DNA of 64,000 nt, from NCBI GenBank assembly GCA_018815925.1, contig JAHIWS010000019.1, positions 252-64,251 on the forward strand, read 5' to 3'. Numbering within the stretch: position 1 is the stretch's first letter; each line of letters starts with the position of its first letter. Below are positions 59,291 through 64,000 of the stretch, piece by piece. The notes under the pieces are model-generated. The model saw only the letters and a list, made by a program, of their open reading frames with translations, ran no database searches and was not told where the DNA came from. Origin of the DNA: Nanobdellota archaeon. GTDB taxonomy: Archaea; Nanobdellota; Nanobdellia; Pacearchaeales; GW2011-AR1. The translations under genes and the position numbers were made by a program.

Positions 59291-59941
59291 TTAGTATAAT
59301 AAAGTTTCAAAATTCTTTATTTGATCCTTAAATTTACTCGACTTAATTATATCTTTATTGGCTTCTTCAACAGGAGCATATTTTCTATCCAAAACATTGA
59401 TTATCTTTTTGCCTGCAAATGGTTTGGGTTCTGTTAATCCAGTTAACTCTACAGCATTTTTAGATTGTACAAGACCCATTCTTAACAAGGCCCATGCAGT
59501 ACTCAAAACAGCGCAAGTGTATCTGCTCAGATGAACCATTTTTCCTTGCGTTTTTAGTTTAATTTTTTTATTATTAATCTTCAAGTAAGAATTTCCTTCT
59601 TTTACCTTAATTGTTGGATGAAATTTTGGAGTTTTCGTAAAATCCTTTGGGATTGATTTAATAAGCAACTTTGCTGCTGAAATCATTCTTGATTCATATC
59701 CTACATAAGTGGGGGAAGCGCCAAGCTTTGCAAGTTTATCCATGTAAGAATGAAAATTTAGTTTATGATATTCTGGATGATACTCATCTATTAAGAAAGT
59801 TAATACATAGGTCTTCCCTTGTTTTTCAAGTTTCTTCACCAACTTCTTAACCACTTCTATTGATCTTAGTTGTTCATCAGAAAGACCTTCTTCATCAGAA
59901 TAAACATGAGCATATTCAATGTTATAATCAACTCTTTTCAT
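59291..59941 (-). CDS. Hypothetical HUP/class I aaRS-like protein (SCO2522-like), paralogue A
   Basis: YNIEYAHVY, FLIDEY, PTYVGYES, TCAVLSTAWALLRMG, FAGKKI, VE motifs. Confidence 0.6.
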   Translation of the reverse strand: MKRVDYNIEYAHVYSDEEGLSDEQLRSIEVVKKLVKKLEKQGKTYVLTFLIDEYHPEYHKLNFHSYMDKLAKLGASPTYVGYESRMISAAKLLIKSIPKDFTKTPKFHPTIKVKEGNSYLKINNKKIKLKTQGKMVHLSRYTCAVLSTAWALLRMGLVQSKNAVELTGLTEPKPFAGKKIINVLDRKYAPVEEANKDIIKSSKFKDQIKNFETLLY

Positions 59942-60071
59942 ATTTCAACTAATTAAATATCATATATAAATCTGACTAAAAAATTAGGTGGTTATTTATT
60001 TCTATAATTTCTTTTCTGGATTAATATCTAATCTGGGGTAGATTATTTACTCAGCATTTCTAGTGGAATTT

Positions 60072-61790
60072 TTAACCATATTTCCAGTTTCGTTTTTGGT
60101 TTAAAAAATCTTTTTCAATTTCTTTTAATCTGGAAACTTGGCTTGATTTTTTATCTGGTCTTAATGCAACAAATCTCGGAAATCTTAGTGCCCAGCCAGA
60201 ATTATAGTTTGGAGATTTTTGAATTTCTTGATATGTAACAGAGATAACAATTTTTGGTTTTATTGTTACTGATTTTCCTTTTTCTTTTTCAATTAATGGT
60301 TTGAGCATTTCTGTTAATTCTTGAAATGAAGTTCCTCCAACTTCTTCTTTGGATTTTTCTTTTATTCCTGTGCCCATTTTTCCAATTTCTAAAAATTTAC
60401 CTGTTTTTCCATCTTTGCATGAAAGTATGAAACTTGACATCCAACCAGATCTTTTTCCTGCTCCATATTCTGCTCCTGTTATGACTAAATCAAGATCTCT
60501 TTCTTCTGGTTTAATCTTAAGCATATGTCCTACTCTTCTTCCAGGATCATATTCTGCTTTAAGATTTTTCATCATTATTCCTTCTTGATTATCTTCAAGA
60601 GCTTTTTTATAAAATTTTTCAGTTGTTTTTTCATCTCCAGTTATTATTTGTTTAGCGTAAATTATTTTATATGGATGATTTTTAATTATTTTTTTAATTA
60701 TTTTTGTACGTTTTTCAAAAGGTTCATTAAGTAGGGATTTTCCATTATAATAAAGAATATCAAAAACATTTATTTCAATTGGAAGTTCTTTTTGAAGTTT
60801 TTCAATATGATATTTTCTTCTTATTCTTTGTGAAATTGCTTGAAAGTCTGTATATTCTTTTGTTTTTTTATTAAATCCTACTGCTTCTGAATCAAGAATA
60901 AATGAGTTTCCTTTAACATAATCTAGAATATAATTAACAACTTCTGGAAATTGTTTTGTTATATTTTCTAGACTTCTTGTAAATAATGTTACTTTTTCCC
61001 TTTGTTTATGAATTATTAATCTAAATCCATCATATTTATATTCAATAGCACATGGAGAACCTAATTTTTTAAAACCTTCTTTAAAGTTAGCTACTTTTTG
61101 AGCTAACATTGCTTTTATTGGTTTGCCTACTTCAAGATGTAATTTTTCAAGTTCCTTTATGTTGCCTTTTCTGACCATTTCAAAAACAATTGCCAAATCA
61201 TTTGTTCTATCTATTGCTTTTTGAATTTTTGGAGCAGATTCTTTTTTATCTTTAAAAAAAGCTTTTGCCATAGAATCTCTTACTGTTGCTTCTTTAAGAC
61301 CAATTCTTAAGTCTCCAATTAAAGTTCTTACTAAAAATAAAGCTTCTGTAGGTGAAGCTGATGTTAATAATTCTGTTATTAACGCAACTTTTTTTCCTAC
61401 TGTTCCTTTTCCTTCAAGCTCAGGAAGTTTTCTTAAATTTTCAAGGACTTTTTCTGTTGTTAAAATATGATACCCAAGTGTTGATTGTTTTTTTTCTTGT
61501 ATTGCTTTTTCAGTAACTTTTCCAATATCCCCTATTTTTTTCCAATCTTTTATTAATTGTTCTTTTGTTGTTCCTGTTGCTGTTGAAACAGCTTTTATTG
61601 CTAATTGGTTACTGATCCCAATTTTTCTTTCATCATATTCTGGATAAATGTCTCCAAGTAATAAATAAAGAACATCTTTATCATCTTTTGAAAGAAATTC
61701 TAAAAATTTAGAGAGTATTTCTATTTTTTTTAGTCTTTTTGTTGTAGAAGATAATTCTTTATATAATTGTGCTAATTTAAGGTACCTCAT
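60072..61790 (-). CDS. lig: ATP-dependent DNA ligase
   Basis: EYKYDGFR, LDSE, VFDIL, EGIMMK, KIK, DLVI.GA..G.GKR, LRFPRF motifs. Confidence 0.96.
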   Translation of the reverse strand: MRYLKLAQLYKELSSTTKRLKKIEILSKFLEFLSKDDKDVLYLLLGDIYPEYDERKIGISNQLAIKAVSTATGTTKEQLIKDWKKIGDIGKVTEKAIQEKKQSTLGYHILTTEKVLENLRKLPELEGKGTVGKKVALITELLTSASPTEALFLVRTLIGDLRIGLKEATVRDSMAKAFFKDKKESAPKIQKAIDRTNDLAIVFEMVRKGNIKELEKLHLEVGKPIKAMLAQKVANFKEGFKKLGSPCAIEYKYDGFRLIIHKQREKVTLFTRSLENITKQFPEVVNYILDYVKGNSFILDSEAVGFNKKTKEYTDFQAISQRIRRKYHIEKLQKELPIEINVFDILYYNGKSLLNEPFEKRTKIIKKIIKNHPYKIIYAKQIITGDEKTTEKFYKKALEDNQEGIMMKNLKAEYDPGRRVGHMLKIKPEERDLDLVITGAEYGAGKRSGWMSSFILSCKDGKTGKFLEIGKMGTGIKEKSKEEVGGTSFQELTEMLKPLIEKEKGKSVTIKPKIVISVTYQEIQKSPNYNSGWALRFPRFVALRPDKKSSQVSRLKEIEKDFLNQKRNWKYG

Positions 61791-61850
61791 TTTAATTACC
61801 TAATAGTTTTAAGGAAATCTAGTTTTTAAGTTTTATTTAGAATGTTAGGA

Positions 61851-62216
61851 TTAATTTGATTTCCAAAGACCATGCAAATTACAATATTCTCTTGCAGAAA
61901 CTGGTTGAAATGGAAATTCTGTTTCTGGAGCTTGCCCTGGTTGTAGAAATACTTTGCAAATTGTTCCTGTTTTTGATGTTACTTCAATCCACTCAATATA
62001 ATGTTCTTGTTCCATTGGGTGTGCAACACTTCCAATTTTAACCTTTTTTGCTTCAATTACTGGAACATGTTTTTCTGTTGCGGCATCAATTGTATTTTCT
62101 TCAAAGAGTTTCATTGGTTGACCACAACAAACAAGTTCTCCTTCTCCTTCATGTAAAACTTCAACAATGTTTCCACATATTTCACATTTATAAATTTGGT
62201 TTTTTTTAGTTGTCAT
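61851..62216 (-). CDS. Desulfoferrodoxin (2Fe superoxide reductase)
   Basis: YKCEICGN...VCCG, EKHVP, HPM..EHYI, YCNLHG motifs. Confidence 0.95.
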   Translation of the reverse strand: MTTKKNQIYKCEICGNIVEVLHEGEGELVCCGQPMKLFEENTIDAATEKHVPVIEAKKVKIGSVAHPMEQEHYIEWIEVTSKTGTICKVFLQPGQAPETEFPFQPVSAREYCNLHGLWKSN

Positions 62217-62514
62217 TTTTTATTGAATTTTTTATATTAATAATCATATTTGATCCTAACAAAAATTCTAAATCTTTTTTTGGAAGGTTTAATATTTCTG
62301 TTGATTTAAGATAATTTTCATTTAATATTCTTATTATTTTCTTTTTTTTTGTGTATTTTTGGGCTAAGGCTACAATTGTTTCTGGCTCATTATTAGGGAA
62401 ATGAGCTAACATTCCAAATTCATTTTTTCCATTAAGAAGTAATAAATATGCCTTATATTCTCCTTCCACTGCTTTTAAGCTATATGTTTTCTTTTTTATT
62501 GTTTTTAATTTCAT
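62206..62514 (-). CDS. Hypothetical protein between rubrerythrin and SOR
   Basis: 102-aa ORF abutting both neighbours. Confidence 0.5.
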   Translation of the reverse strand: MKLKTIKKKTYSLKAVEGEYKAYLLLLNGKNEFGMLAHFPNNEPETIVALAQKYTKKKKIIRILNENYLKSTEILNLPKKDLEFLLGSNMIINIKNSIKNDN

Positions 62515-63084
62515 TTAATATTCTTCACACTTAAACTCATAATAGGCTTGAGGATGATCACAAGAAGGACATTTTTTTGGAGCTTGTTCTCCATAAAAAG
62601 CATAACCACACTCCCTACAAATCCACCATACTTTTTCATTTTTTTTAAATAGTGTTCCTGCTTTAAGTTGTTCTAATAATTTTTGATATCTTTCTTTATG
62701 ATGTTCTTCTGCTTTTGCAATGCTCCTCATTCTCGATGCAATTTTTAGATATCCTTCTTTTTCAGCTATGTCGGCAAATTCAGGATACATTTTTGTGTGT
62801 TCATAGTTTTCTCCATTAATAGCTGCTTGTAAATTTTCTTCTGTTTTTCCATAAATAGTTGGAGCAATAGCATCTACTTCAATTTCTTCTTTATCTTTTT
62901 TTAATTCTTGAATATGTTCAAATAATCTTTTGGCATGAACTTTTTCTTGGTTTGCTGTTACAAGAAAAATTTCTGCTATTTGTTCATAACCTTCTTTTTG
63001 AGCAATCTTTGCATAATATGTATATCTGTTACGAGCTTGTGATTCACCTATGAATGCTTTACATAAATTTTTTAGAGTTTCCAT
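62515..63084 (-). CDS. rbr: Rubrerythrin
   Basis: AFIGESQARNRY, EKVH, GENYE...MYP, EEHH, rubredoxin-like CREC...CPSC. Confidence 0.96.
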   Translation of the reverse strand: METLKNLCKAFIGESQARNRYTYYAKIAQKEGYEQIAEIFLVTANQEKVHAKRLFEHIQELKKDKEEIEVDAIAPTIYGKTEENLQAAINGENYEHTKMYPEFADIAEKEGYLKIASRMRSIAKAEEHHKERYQKLLEQLKAGTLFKKNEKVWWICRECGYAFYGEQAPKKCPSCDHPQAYYEFKCEEY

Positions 63085-63234
63085 TTGAAGATAAGAGATA
63101 TGCTGTTTAAATAAATTTTGGTGGAACTGATTTTATATAGGGATTATTTTATAGTAAACAATCTACCCCCTAATAGTCATATGTGAACTAATAAAGGAGA
63201 ACCTAGAAAGGAATAATTACCTAGTTGTTTATAG

Positions 63235-64000
63235 TGTGCAATCCATAGACATATGTCACCCCTAAAACAATTTGGTAAAATCATTATAAATTTCATCAGG
63301 AGTTTTTCCACTTAGACTTTTATGAGGTCTAAAATGATTATATTTCATTCTCCATAATTCTGGGTCTCTATCACAGAATTCAAATTCTTGTTTAAATGTT
63401 TGAAATAATCTTTCAACTTTTCCGGTTGTAGTTGGACTATGAATTGCTCCCCTAATATGGTGAATTCCTCTTTTTCGACATTTTCTATCAAATTTTGAGT
63501 GCTTACTTTTTAATCCATAAGCCGAACCATTATCACTCAAAATTTGTTTAGGTTTCCCATAGATCTTAATCAAATCATCAATAATTTTAATTACAACTTC
63601 TGTTGTAACCCTATTCACAGGAATAAAAGCTAAACTCTTTCTAGAACAATCATCAATAACAGAAACAACATATTTATCTTCGATCTTCTGATCACTATGG
63701 TCGATTTGCCAAAGAGAATTCGGATGATTTCTTTGCCAACGAATATACTTATTTCTCTTCTTTTTTCTTTTTGAAGGATTAGTTAATTTATGTTTTCTTA
63801 AAATTTTGTTAATAGAAGTATGTCCGATATCCACAAAATTTTCTATTTTCTCTGCTCCCCAGCCAGTCTTCTTTTTTATTTTTATTATTTTTTCTTCTGT
63901 TTCCTTAGATATTTTTCTATGAATTGTTTTTGGTCTTTTTGATTTATCCTTAAAATTCCATTCAGTTTCGTTAATCTTTTTAGTCCATCTTTGCAATGTT
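63235..64000 (-). mobile_element. IS481-family insertion sequence (left end beyond the window)
   Basis: Transposase plus a candidate right terminal IR beginning TGT at 63235 (TGTGCAATCCATAGACATATGTCACCCC). Confidence 0.8.
63262..64000 (-). CDS. IS481-family DDE (rve integrase core) transposase, 5' part outside the window
   Basis: WGA..I, NSLWQID, IDDCSR, SDNG, P.T.GKVER, YN..RPH.SL...TP motifs. Confidence 0.9.
   Translation of the reverse strand, partial: TLQRWTKKINETEWNFKDKSKRPKTIHRKISKETEEKIIKIKKKTGWGAEKIENFVDIGHTSINKILRKHKLTNPSKRKKKRNKYIRWQRNHPNSLWQIDHSDQKIEDKYVVSVIDDCSRKSLAFIPVNRVTTEVVIKIIDDLIKIYGKPKQILSDNGSAYGLKSKHSKFDRKCRKRGIHHIRGAIHSPTTTGKVERLFQTFKQEFEFCDRDPELWRMKYNHFRPHKSLSGKTPDEIYNDFTKLF

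Noticed and set aside
60349..60734. Plus-strand ORFs inside the ligase gene
   Set aside because: Antisense shadows of lig.

Overview
AT-rich, densely packed archaeal chromosome segment. Gene content (aRF1, RpoL, TFS, L15e, NAC, Sec61-beta, CDC48, RadB, Nre, BHB-intron tRNA) and extreme compaction suggest a DPANN archaeon, probably Pacearchaeota/Woesearchaeota-like; this is inference and no search was run. Most of the window is informational housekeeping (polB, topA, lig, ValRS, split MetRS, ArgRS, map, uppS, tRNA-Lys, tRNA-Ile). It also holds a ~19 kb carbohydrate island (33.2-52.3 kb: glycolytic enzymes, three GT4 proteins, GH130, a six-hairpin glycosidase, NagB, PIG-L and sugar kinases), a small decaying zone (55.1-56.9 kb), an SOR/rubrerythrin pair and an IS481-type element cut by the window end. 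The most notable observations are: (1) a 137-aa mini-intein inserted directly after the catalytic GGQ of release factor aRF1; (2) a tandem pair of paralogues that look like stripped class I aaRS catalytic domains (SCO2522-like) abutting argS; (3) a PolB with a non-canonical steric gate and motif B; (4) an intron-containing tRNA-Lys preceded by an exact duplicate of its own 5' end. All product calls come from motif recognition by eye.
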